From positions 64,001 to 128,000 of IMG/VR virus record IMGVR_UViG_3300008954_000003: a DNA stretch of 64,000 bases. The stretch is one strand, 5' to 3'. The position numbers and the translations under genes are program-made. Origin of the DNA: a virus. Positions 10,096 to 19,020 of the stretch are shown here, piece after piece (positions within the stretch are counted from its first letter, which is position 1; each line of letters starts with the position of its first letter). Under the pieces are notes generated by a model. It saw only the letters and a program-made list of their open reading frames with translations, did no database searches and was not told the DNA's origin.

Positions 10096-10962
10096 ATGAT
10101 TGTTACAGCTAACAGAAATCGTTTCATGGAGAAGTATTTTGATGGCCTTGTTCCATGGATGAGAGAAGATATTGATCAGATGATATCGTTTGGGGCTTGC
10201 CTTGCAGGCGGATCTTTGAGAAGGTCAATAAAGAAAGGCTCTCTTCAGAGAGTTTTTGAAGGGACAAAGAAAGAGAAGTTGACCAAAAGAGTGCTTAATT
10301 CTCTTTTTACCAAGGCCGAGCCGAGCAAGCTCATTGATCTTGATTTTTTCCCAAGAGATGATGGGTGTGCTCGTAAGTGCCGTGAATATCTGTTGGTAAG
10401 ATATGGTGCTAGTTGGAAAGATTCAAAATATTCGGTGACATTTATGCCGAGTAAAAACCACAATTTCGCATATCAGATTGTTCACAAGGATTTTCGTGGC
10501 ACAAACACAGAGGCAACTTTGAGTTTGTTTGATTTTGTCAATTGTCAACTGGCCCTTGATGATAAGTTCTTTTATCATCACAAGGATTTTCGTGAGTGCG
10601 AGGCGAAAGGTATTTTGCGTATAGAGAGGTGTGGAAAGGCTAAATTTGGATGGATAGATAGGCTTGCGAAATATATTGATAAGCCAGAATATGAAACAGT
10701 TGAGGGCATTACACATATTCGCGATGCCATGGAAGAGTTGGATCTTATGTTTCAAGCTCATTATCGGCAATTGTCAGCAGATTTCACGAATCCAATTTTT
10801 TTAGAATCTCTTAATATCTATAGAACTATTTTTAAGAAACTTAGTATGCACGATCTGACATATCTGTTTTTGATTAATGGTGTTTTTGATAAACTTATCA
10901 CACAAGAGATAAAAAGAAGGAAAAAGGAGTTCACACAATATGAGAATAGCGCACTTATCTGA
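10096..10962 (+). CDS. Pol-beta superfamily nucleotidyltransferase (poly(A) polymerase/CCA-like head domain)
   Basis: LAGGSLR...IDLDFF signature, FDFVNCQLA, RLAKY. Confidence 0.6.
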   Translation: MIVTANRNRFMEKYFDGLVPWMREDIDQMISFGACLAGGSLRRSIKKGSLQRVFEGTKKEKLTKRVLNSLFTKAEPSKLIDLDFFPRDDGCARKCREYLLVRYGASWKDSKYSVTFMPSKNHNFAYQIVHKDFRGTNTEATLSLFDFVNCQLALDDKFFYHHKDFRECEAKGILRIERCGKAKFGWIDRLAKYIDKPEYETVEGITHIRDAMEELDLMFQAHYRQLSADFTNPIFLESLNIYRTIFKKLSMHDLTYLFLINGVFDKLITQEIKRRKKEFTQYENSALI

Positions 10963-13900
10963 CATACACATCAGAAATTTCAAATATCATAGAGAATACC
11001 GTAAGGTTTTCGAGGAACTTTTCGTTTCTTTGGGGAATAACGACGTTGATGTCGTTGTTGTCACCGGAGACATTGCTCATTCGAAGACACAAATCAGCCC
11101 AGAATTCGTTGAGCTGTGCTCTTTCTTCTTGAAGGGGTTGGCAGACGTTTGTCCAACGTATCTTATACTTGGAAACCACGACGGCAATTTGAAGAACAGT
11201 TTTCGACAAGATTCAATAACTCCTATTGTTACAACGTTGCAGCATAAAAACCTTCACTTAATGAAGGACTCTTGCTGTGTCGATCTTGATGATGGGTTTT
11301 CGTTATATTCTCTTTCAATTTTTGATTCAGACGGCTGGCTCACTCCAAAGGATAAATCAAAGGTCAATCTTGCCATGTATCATGGTCAGGTTGGTAAGTG
11401 TCTGACGGATACGGGCTGGAAGATCCACGGGAAAGAGGACAACCTTTTTGATCAATATGATTACACCTTCCTTGGGGACATTCACAAGAGACAATTTGTT
11501 TCAAAGAGGAAAGCATATCCAGGTTCATTGATTCAGCAGAACTTTGGTGAAGAGGTTGAAAAAGGATATCTTATTTGGGATATTGAAGACAAAGACAGAT
11601 TTACGACGGAGTTTGTTGCTTTAACGAATCCAAAGCCTTTTATTACAATTGGCGTTGATGAGAACCTTATTGTTGAGGAACTTAATATTCCCAAGGGTGT
11701 AAGAGCGAGACTCGTTTTCAAACAAAATTTACCAGTTGATATACTTAATAAAAAGGTTGGTGAGATAAAATCTATTATAAAACCGGAGTCGGTTTCCTTT
11801 TTGAACCTTGTTGACGATAAGGAGAACACGAAAAGACTCAAGAAACTTGAGAGTTATTCAGATGAGGCCACTCAAAAGGAACTCATCAAGGATTTCTTAC
11901 AAGATGAAGACGAGGAACTTATCGAAGATGTTTTGAAATTAGATAAAAAGTACGGCTCTTTGGTGAATAAGGAGAACAGGTTTGAGAAAGGAACTCTGTG
12001 GAGCATTAAAGACTTTGAGTGGTCAAACCTGTTCAATTATGATGAAGGCAACTCTCTTTGTTTTGGTAGTTATGTTGGCGTTGTTGGCATATTTGGTAAA
12101 AATTTTAGTGGTAAGTCTAGCATTGTTGATTCATTACTTTATACAATCTTTAATAATACTTCTAAGAATGTACGCCGCCCTTATGACATCATCAACAACT
12201 CAAAGAAAAAGGGCTCTGGCGTCGTTGAGATTGAGGCTGATGACGGCACTTATGCGATTTCAAGGAAGCTTTCGAAGGTTCATAAGAAGTCAAAAAGAAA
12301 GAATCCAAAAGAAACGGAATCAACGTTAGACTTTTCCTTTGTTGATAAACAGACTGGCGAAAGAGAGTCTCTGAATGGGACGACAAAAGCAAGAACAGAG
12401 CAAGAGATTCGTAAGGTGTTTGGGGCGTTGGAAGATTTTCTTATGACATCAATGTCATCTCAAACAGGAGCTTTTTGTTTTATCGATGAGGGCTCAACAA
12501 AGAGGAGGGAACTTCTTGAGAAGTTTCTTGACTTGAGGTTCTTTAAGGAAAAACATGATCTTGCAAAGAAAGACTATAACTTCACGAAGACCTTGCTCGC
12601 AAGAATAGAAGACACTTTTGATGCTTTGATTAAGGATAAGAAACAAGAAATTTTTGAAAACCAAGCAAACATTTACAAAGTCAAGAGTTCAATAGAAAAG
12701 CAAGAAGAAGCCTTAAAGGAGAAAACTCGCCTTCTTGAAGAGGTGGAAAGGAAGCTTGAGGGCATAGATTTACCAGAACTGACTCATGATAAGGTGAAAG
12801 CAAGCTTGGTCTTCCAGCACAGCATCAGAAAGAAGAAAATAAACGCCCAGGAAGAGTTGAGAAAAAAAATTGTTGAAAACGAATCCTTTTTAAGGAAAGC
12901 TGGTTCGTTTATTTCAAGTTTTGATTATGACGTTCTCAAAGGAAACCTCAACAAGATTGAGGAAAAACAAAACCTGCTATCTGAAACGAAGTCAGAGAAG
13001 TCGAAGATTTCGGAAGAGATTTCTTCTTGTGAAAAGAAAGAGGGGTTTTTGAAAGATATCCCTTGCGGTTCTGAGTTCCTTGGTTTGTGTAAGTTTATAA
13101 GTGAGGCGAGTGAGTGTGCCTCAAAAAGAGAAGCCCTCCAGAACGACTCAGAGAAACTTAAAAAACGCATTCGACAGCTCATTCAGGAGGTAAAAAACCT
13201 TAATCCAGAGAGAACAGGCAAGTATATTGAAAAATATAACGAGCTGAAGAAAAAGGTCGATACGGTTTCCGCTGAAAATATAAACCTCAAACTTCAAAAA
13301 GCAGTTGGAAAAAACTTCTTGCAGGGTATTGACAAGAAGATTGAGAAATTGGAAAGAGATTTAAAATATTATGACGACAATCAGGAAGTTCTCTGTGATA
13401 CTTTTGATTCGGTCAGTTCTGAAAAAGAAATTTCCATGGCGATCACTGCGCTTGAAGAGGAAAAACAGAAAGGCGAGAATGATTATCGTTTGTATTTGGA
13501 AAACTCTGGTAGGTTAAACGCGGAGTTAAGTTCGCTTGAGGAAAGAAAAGAAGAATATGAAACCCAAGTAAGCGAAGCAACAGCTTTGAAAGAATACCTT
13601 AAGTGTGTTCATGGCAGTGGGATATCATATGAACTTGTCAAGAACAGCCTTGAGGTCATAAATAAAGAGATCAAAGCGGTTCTTTCTTCAATTGGAGATT
13701 TTCAGGTTGAATTTTGTGATGAAAGCGGGAAGCTTGAGATTTACATCTCACATGGAGATACAGGTGCGCGGCTTGTTGAGAACGGCTCTGGAGCGGAAAA
13801 GACCCTTGCAGCTTTGGCAATTCGTATTGCCTTGTTGAACATTTCAAATTTGCCAAAATCAAATATTTTTATTCTTGACGAGCCTGGAACAGCATTGGAC

Positions 13901-14050
13901 CCTGAGAATATGGAGAAGATGACAGAAATACTTGAACTTTTAAAAGGTTATTTCAAGGTCGTACTTCTAATTACTCATATAGATGGGTTGAAAGATGTTG
14001 TCGACCATGTTGTAGAAATTGACAACGTTGAGGGATTTGCCCATGTCTAA
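10940..14050 (+). CDS. fused SbcD/Mre11 nuclease and SbcC/Rad50 ATPase (T4 gp47+gp46-like)
   Basis: HLSDIH, TGDIAH, GNHD, GDIHK metallophosphoesterase motifs; Walker A GKNFSGKS, coiled coil, signature GSGAEK, Walker B FILDEP, ITH. Confidence 0.92.
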   Translation: MRIAHLSDIHIRNFKYHREYRKVFEELFVSLGNNDVDVVVVTGDIAHSKTQISPEFVELCSFFLKGLADVCPTYLILGNHDGNLKNSFRQDSITPIVTTLQHKNLHLMKDSCCVDLDDGFSLYSLSIFDSDGWLTPKDKSKVNLAMYHGQVGKCLTDTGWKIHGKEDNLFDQYDYTFLGDIHKRQFVSKRKAYPGSLIQQNFGEEVEKGYLIWDIEDKDRFTTEFVALTNPKPFITIGVDENLIVEELNIPKGVRARLVFKQNLPVDILNKKVGEIKSIIKPESVSFLNLVDDKENTKRLKKLESYSDEATQKELIKDFLQDEDEELIEDVLKLDKKYGSLVNKENRFEKGTLWSIKDFEWSNLFNYDEGNSLCFGSYVGVVGIFGKNFSGKSSIVDSLLYTIFNNTSKNVRRPYDIINNSKKKGSGVVEIEADDGTYAISRKLSKVHKKSKRKNPKETESTLDFSFVDKQTGERESLNGTTKARTEQEIRKVFGALEDFLMTSMSSQTGAFCFIDEGSTKRRELLEKFLDLRFFKEKHDLAKKDYNFTKTLLARIEDTFDALIKDKKQEIFENQANIYKVKSSIEKQEEALKEKTRLLEEVERKLEGIDLPELTHDKVKASLVFQHSIRKKKINAQEELRKKIVENESFLRKAGSFISSFDYDVLKGNLNKIEEKQNLLSETKSEKSKISEEISSCEKKEGFLKDIPCGSEFLGLCKFISEASECASKREALQNDSEKLKKRIRQLIQEVKNLNPERTGKYIEKYNELKKKVDTVSAENINLKLQKAVGKNFLQGIDKKIEKLERDLKYYDDNQEVLCDTFDSVSSEKEISMAITALEEEKQKGENDYRLYLENSGRLNAELSSLEERKEEYETQVSEATALKEYLKCVHGSGISYELVKNSLEVINKEIKAVLSSIGDFQVEFCDESGKLEIYISHGDTGARLVENGSGAEKTLAALAIRIALLNISNLPKSNIFILDEPGTALDPENMEKMTEILELLKGYFKVVLLITHIDGLKDVVDHVVEIDNVEGFAHV
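13966..13974 (+). promoter_or_regulatory. putative late promoter TCTAATTAC embedded in the end of the SbcD-SbcC gene
   Basis: Motif about 90 nt upstream of the membrane/lysis-like cassette. Confidence 0.4.
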
Positions 14051-14064
14051 GAGGAAAAAGAATA

Positions 14065-14271
14065 ATGCCAAGGGTAAAAGCATTTTTAGATCGCCACGTT
14101 CACAGATTTGTGTCAAAGAAATTTATGGTGTGGATCGTTGCGACAGTTTATTTGGGATTTGGGATTCTCTCAGGTGAGCATTGGGTTGCCGTTTCTTTGG
14201 GATATCTTGGAATGGAAGGATTCGCAGATATTGCAACACGATGGAAGGTTGGTAGGTTAAGTAATGATTGA
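14065..14271 (+). CDS. small 2-TM membrane protein, holin-like
   Basis: 68 aa; basic N-terminus SKKFMVW followed by two hydrophobic helices. Confidence 0.5.
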   Translation: MPRVKAFLDRHVHRFVSKKFMVWIVATVYLGFGILSGEHWVAVSLGYLGMEGFADIATRWKVGRLSND

Positions 14272-14662
14272 GTGGCTAAAAAGGGCTTGGGTGAAGTTCA
14301 AGTTTGTTATCATTGGGCTCTTTGTTGGGGCATTAGCCATTGCCTTTTATTTGATAAAGCGAAAAGGAGGCGGTGTTGCATCTTCACTGGAAAAGGTTCG
14401 AAAGGAAAGAGATTTGACACTCAAAGAGCTTGACGAAATCAACAAAGAAGAGAAAGAAAAACACAGAAACCTTTGGAATGAGTATCTTAGGAAGGTAGAT
14501 GAGGATCTTGAGATCTATAAAAAGGAAAATAAAGAGTTGAAAAAGAGTATCGTTGAGAGGCGAAAAGAGATACTTGAGAAGACAAAATTTGATCCCAACG
14601 CAAGAGCAAAGGAGATCGCAGATGAGTTCGGTTTTGAACTGGTTGAACCAAAAGACAATTAA
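14264..14662 (+). CDS. N-terminally anchored coiled-coil membrane protein (i-spanin-like)
   Basis: TM FVIIGLFVGALAIAFYLI plus charged coiled coil; overlaps the next gene in the +1 frame. Confidence 0.45.
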   Translation: MIEWLKRAWVKFKFVIIGLFVGALAIAFYLIKRKGGGVASSLEKVRKERDLTLKELDEINKEEKEKHRNLWNEYLRKVDEDLEIYKKENKELKKSIVERRKEILEKTKFDPNARAKEIADEFGFELVEPKDN

Positions 14663-15083
14663 ATATAGTGCAGTTGTGATGCTTTTATTGTTCCCGGCTA
14701 CACTCTCAGCAGTCCCTCGAATGGCTGTCCTTAAAAAAGGACAGAAGGCCCCATTCGAGGGATTTTTGTATGATTTTGATGCAGATGCTGAAATGGCAGC
14801 TCAGAGGGAACTTGCTGAAGAAGGTTGCCAACTTAACATAAGAATGCAGCTAAGAAGAGAACGAAATCGCCATGAGCTTTTGATCAAGTCTGCAAAAATT
14901 TCGTTAACAGCGACAGAAGAAAAGTATAAAGTCATTCTATCAGAGAAGAATAAAGAGATTTCAAGATACGAAAAGAAGGTAGAGGCGTCGGGTAACGGTG
15001 TGGTGTGGGGAGCGGTGGGGTACTTTGCCGGTGTCGTTTCGGCGCTGGCAACTTTTTATATTTCAACAAAAATTGTAAGGTAG
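14622..15083 (+). CDS. signal peptide + coiled coil + C-terminal TM protein (possible spanin partner)
   Basis: SD AAGGAG at 14609 favours ATG 14622; VVMLLLFPATLSA signal; C-terminal TM. Confidence 0.45.
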   Translation: MSSVLNWLNQKTIKYSAVVMLLLFPATLSAVPRMAVLKKGQKAPFEGFLYDFDADAEMAAQRELAEEGCQLNIRMQLRRERNRHELLIKSAKISLTATEEKYKVILSEKNKEISRYEKKVEASGNGVVWGAVGYFAGVVSALATFYISTKIVR

Positions 15084-15090
15084 GTGTATT

Positions 15091-15705
15091 ATGGAAATAG
15101 AAGAAAAAGCAATAAAGCTGGCAAGAGAAGCACGCGAAAAGAAAGAAAAAGAGGTTCAAGAGGATTGGAAAGCTCTTGTTTCTGAATTGAAAGAGGATGA
15201 GAGCGTTGCTGAAAAAGTCCTTGTTCATGTAGAGAAAAAGAGGTTCGTCGCAGATGACGATCGTTCAATTCAGAACAAAGCTTTTACGAGAAAGAGAGAA
15301 ATCAAACGAATATACAAGCTTGCGTTTTATAAACTGAAGTCGTTTATTAGTCTCACTTTGGGAGCAACGATTTTATTTCTTCAGAGTTTGAAGTTGTTTT
15401 ATCGGAATTCAAAAATCGAGACCCCGTTTGAGGAGCCAAATATTGTCAAGCCCGACATGGTGAAGTTTGAGGGGGATTGCAGAGGGGGCGTTGATCTTGA
15501 TTATTTTTTTCCAAAGTTAGAGAATGCTAAGAAGATGATTAATAAGGTCGAAAAATCAGAGGAATCAAGGATAAAGAGGGAAACGAGCTGGAAGAGCGGC
15601 TATGTCAAAACCGCTGTTGTGCCAAAAGAAGTTTGGAGCAAGCTTGCCCACGGCAAAGAACAGAAAAAAGGGTTCACTGGGACTCCGAGGAACCTGAATG
15701 AATAA
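15091..15705 (+). CDS. hypothetical protein
   Basis: 204-aa ORF with SD, one central hydrophobic segment. Confidence 0.55.
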   Translation: MEIEEKAIKLAREAREKKEKEVQEDWKALVSELKEDESVAEKVLVHVEKKRFVADDDRSIQNKAFTRKREIKRIYKLAFYKLKSFISLTLGATILFLQSLKLFYRNSKIETPFEEPNIVKPDMVKFEGDCRGGVDLDYFFPKLENAKKMINKVEKSEESRIKRETSWKSGYVKTAVVPKEVWSKLAHGKEQKKGFTGTPRNLNE

Positions 15706-17839
15706 ACTGTTTCCGATTTGTTTGATCTTATTCGCTTGTTCAAACACGGGAACAGAACAGCCGGTTGTTTATGGTAGTGCGGACGTTTTTAGTTTACCAG
15801 AAACGACGATCAAACCAAATAAAGACACAGCCGAAACGAAAAGTGATTTAACCTCTTTATCAGAGGACACAACAAAAACAACTATATATGAAGAAGACGT
15901 TGTGAAAGACAAGGATGTTTCTTTCAGAACAATAGACGTAAACTATCCAGAGCCAGATGTCCAGAAACCCAGTAAAGATATCGGAGGCATAGGACCGGGG
16001 CCAGGAACAGATATTGTTAAACCAGATTTAGGCCCAAAACCAGATCCCTGCATAGACAATGACAACGATGGTTACGGGGTCAATTGTCCAATGGGGGTTG
16101 ATTGTGATGACGGCAATCCTAATTTTGCTGCTGTGTGCCCAGATTGTACAACCGGGAGCCACCCTGGTTGCAGTTGTAAAGCTGTCGCCGTGAATTGCTA
16201 TTCCGGCCAACAGGGTTGGATTGGTAAAGGTGTTTGCCAAGCAGGAATTCAGCTTTGTAAAGGTGGGTTTTGGGGAGGGTGCAACGGAGAGACTTTACCA
16301 ACACCTGAAGTTTGCGATGGCAAAGATAATGATTGTGATGGGTTGATCGATGAAGGTGTTTTATCGACATGTGGAACGTGTGATCTGTCATGTGTCGAAC
16401 AAAAAATGGGACCAGATTATGGTTCACCCTTTGATCCTTCAAAAGATTCTTCAAACGGAGTCAATCTTGATAAAAATGGCCATGTTATCTTGGACAAGCA
16501 GAATTCGAGTATAGACCTCCATCATATTTGGATTGCCGGAACTGGCTCCAAAGTTATTTCGAAGCTCAACACAAAAACTGGCAAGGAAGAGGGTCGGTAT
16601 GCGAGCTGTGGTTCACCTTCAAGAACCTCTGTCGACCTCAATGGGGACGTTTGGGTCGGTTGTCGTTCTGGCGGACAGGTGATGAAGATTGTAAATAAGG
16701 TTGCGAAATGTCCTGACAAAAACGGCAATGGAAAAATTGAAACATCAAATGGTTCGAACGCACTCCCTTATGGTCAGGATGAATGTGTCCGTTTCATTGT
16801 TAAACCTGATGGCGGTGAAAACACAATTCGCGCTGCGGGTGTCGATAAAGACAATTATGTTTGGGTTGGTGGCTGGAATAAGAAAACACTGTGGAGACTT
16901 CACCCAGATACAGGAGCAGTTGTTAATTCAATTTCAATCGGTTGTAATCCATATGGCCTTGTGATTGATCAAAAGGGGGTTATTTGGGTTTCCGGTAGAG
17001 GGTGCGGACAACTTGTGAGGGCTGATCCGAAGACGAAACAAGTGAGCACCCATGGAAATAGCAAGGGTTCACCATATGGAATCAATGTTGATATGTTTGG
17101 GAACATTTGGATTGCGAATACGAACAGTTATTCTTCAAAATACAATCCCGTGACAAAACAATGGGTTTCTATCAACCATGGGCAGAGGTCGAGAGGTGTT
17201 GCGACAAGCAATGATGGCCATACTTATATTGCGTTAGATAGCACAAGCAGGATTGCTAAGATAAACGTCACAACAAACACTCTTATAGGGCATATATCTC
17301 TTGGTGGTTCACGGTATCCTGTTGGGATCGCTGTGGATTACGATGGTTATGTTTGGGCAGTAAACCAGAGTAAGAGCAGTGCGTCGAAATGTGATCCTAA
17401 AACAATGCAGGTTATCGGAGAATACCCTGTTGGCAAATCACCTTATACATATTCAGACATGACAGGTTATACCTTAAACAACTACACCGCCCCCAAAGGT
17501 CATTACACACATACGTTTGGGTATGGTGGTTGGGGAGGCACCGTTGCTGAGAGCAAAACAAAAACAGTGTGGACACTCATAGATGCGACACTCACAATCC
17601 CAGCGAAAGCTTATGTCAAGATAAGATATAGAACATCAGACACCTTTGTGGGACTTAAGTCTGCCAAATGGTCAAGTCAACTTGGGCCGTTTCCACCACA
17701 AAAGTTTCCCATTGACTTAAAAAATAAAAATGTTGTGGCAAGATATTTACAAGTAGAGGTGTTTATGCAGGCAGGTAAAGATAAACTATCACCAATTTTG
17801 AAATCTTTATCTGCCAAGGGAAAACTAACAACACAGTGA
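15698..17839 (+). CDS. lipoprotein with Cys/Asp-rich putative metal-binding (MopE-related) repeats and a Vgb-like beta-propeller
   Basis: Lipobox LFAC; CIDNDNDGYG..C..DCDD; EVCDGKDNDCDGLIDEG; repeated P(Y)G(I/L).(V/I)D..G.(I/V)W blades; YTYSDMTG. Confidence 0.75.
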   Translation: MNKLFPICLILFACSNTGTEQPVVYGSADVFSLPETTIKPNKDTAETKSDLTSLSEDTTKTTIYEEDVVKDKDVSFRTIDVNYPEPDVQKPSKDIGGIGPGPGTDIVKPDLGPKPDPCIDNDNDGYGVNCPMGVDCDDGNPNFAAVCPDCTTGSHPGCSCKAVAVNCYSGQQGWIGKGVCQAGIQLCKGGFWGGCNGETLPTPEVCDGKDNDCDGLIDEGVLSTCGTCDLSCVEQKMGPDYGSPFDPSKDSSNGVNLDKNGHVILDKQNSSIDLHHIWIAGTGSKVISKLNTKTGKEEGRYASCGSPSRTSVDLNGDVWVGCRSGGQVMKIVNKVAKCPDKNGNGKIETSNGSNALPYGQDECVRFIVKPDGGENTIRAAGVDKDNYVWVGGWNKKTLWRLHPDTGAVVNSISIGCNPYGLVIDQKGVIWVSGRGCGQLVRADPKTKQVSTHGNSKGSPYGINVDMFGNIWIANTNSYSSKYNPVTKQWVSINHGQRSRGVATSNDGHTYIALDSTSRIAKINVTTNTLIGHISLGGSRYPVGIAVDYDGYVWAVNQSKSSASKCDPKTMQVIGEYPVGKSPYTYSDMTGYTLNNYTAPKGHYTHTFGYGGWGGTVAESKTKTVWTLIDATLTIPAKAYVKIRYRTSDTFVGLKSAKWSSQLGPFPPQKFPIDLKNKNVVARYLQVEVFMQAGKDKLSPILKSLSAKGKLTTQ

Positions 17840-18138
17840 AAAAGTTTATAGCAATTGTTGGCGCGCTTCTTTTCTTAAGTTTGCCGGTGTTTGCTCAAAA
17901 CAAACCAAGTGTTGTTGCTGACCAAAGAATACATTACGAAAAAATAGCCAAATTGGAACAGAGGGTTGTTTATCTTGAAAGAAAAGAGAGTAATGAAATA
18001 TGGTGGTTTGCTGGAGGTGTTGCTTTGGGGGCGGCAATGTCGATAGGGTTGTTTTATCTTGCGTCTTCAATCATTGGGGATATTTTTGATCAACCACTTA
18101 TCCCTGATGATATGGATATGAACATCAAAACAAAATGA
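17836..18138 (+). CDS. signal peptide + short coiled coil + TM protein
   Basis: MKKFIAIVGALLFLSLPVFA signal; TM WWFAGGVALGAAMSIGLFYL; same architecture as 14622-15083. Confidence 0.55.
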   Translation: MKKFIAIVGALLFLSLPVFAQNKPSVVADQRIHYEKIAKLEQRVVYLERKESNEIWWFAGGVALGAAMSIGLFYLASSIIGDIFDQPLIPDDMDMNIKTK

Positions 18139-18491
18139 AAAGAACAGACGAATTCATTGTCGGGCTTGAACGTGCCATTAAAGAGAAGTATGGTGAGGAG
18201 ACAACTCACGATCCTTCAATTCATTGGAATGAGGAAAAAGAAAAAGAATATCTCAAACAACTTAAGGACGTTGTTCATGAAGATGAAAAAGACGGAGTGA
18301 TTGAAGTGTCCGGTGTTTTGGTTTCTAAAAAACTATTTAATAGGAGCACTATCAAAACTTGTAAACTTTGCAACAAGTTTTGTATGGAAGCAAAAAACGA
18401 TTTGTATTTGACAAAATATGATTGTTGCGAGGAATGCTTCATAATTCACATAGAAGGAAGAGAAGACAAATGGCGTCAACGTATGAAATAA
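18135..18491 (+). CDS. conserved hypothetical protein with zinc finger
   Basis: CKLC...CCEEC; C-terminal IEGREDKW. Confidence 0.6.
   Translation: MKRTDEFIVGLERAIKEKYGEETTHDPSIHWNEEKEKEYLKQLKDVVHEDEKDGVIEVSGVLVSKKLFNRSTIKTCKLCNKFCMEAKNDLYLTKYDCCEECFIIHIEGREDKWRQRMK
18332..18340 (+). promoter_or_regulatory. putative late promoter ACTATTTAA inside CDS, upstream of the terminase operon
   Basis: Motif match, coding KLF. Confidence 0.4.
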
Positions 18492-19012
18492 TTCAAGGTA
18501 TTCATCAAGCGGCAGCAAATGCTTATGATGGGGCAACAGAAGAAGATGGAAAGCCAAAGCTGAAGCTGAAGCGTTCCGAAGGTAACATAATGACCGACAA
18601 AAGAGTCATGGATGGTTTTGGTGCCAATGTTGTCAATGGCAAACTTCTACTTACATACCATACAGAGTGTCGTGTTGAAGATATTCACGGTGTTGGTATG
18701 GACAAATATCTTCACGAATTGAAAATGATGTTGAAAGAACTCGTTTCTTATTTGAAAAAAGAATATAAGAAAGTTACCAAACAAACGCTAACCCTCACGA
18801 AAGAAGGGGAAGAGGAAGTTCTTATTGAGCCAATTTCAAAAATTCGCACTTCTGTTAGGGCAACGTGTGTTTACAAGATTGGTGGCCTTAAGGAAGAGAA
18901 GGAAGACCACAGAGACGCAGAAGATTATATGAAGAATTTTTACGCAACCTTAAAAAAGGAATCTCTTGACAAGAAGATCAAGTATCGCTCTCATGTCAGA
19001 CGAGATGTGTAA
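18470..19012 (+). CDS. conserved hypothetical protein upstream of terminase
   Basis: Start reassigned to ATG 18470 (MASTYEIIQGIHQAAANAYDGA). Confidence 0.6.
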   Translation: MASTYEIIQGIHQAAANAYDGATEEDGKPKLKLKRSEGNIMTDKRVMDGFGANVVNGKLLLTYHTECRVEDIHGVGMDKYLHELKMMLKELVSYLKKEYKKVTKQTLTLTKEGEEEVLIEPISKIRTSVRATCVYKIGGLKEEKEDHRDAEDYMKNFYATLKKESLDKKIKYRSHVRRDV

Positions 19013-19020
19013 TAAACCGA

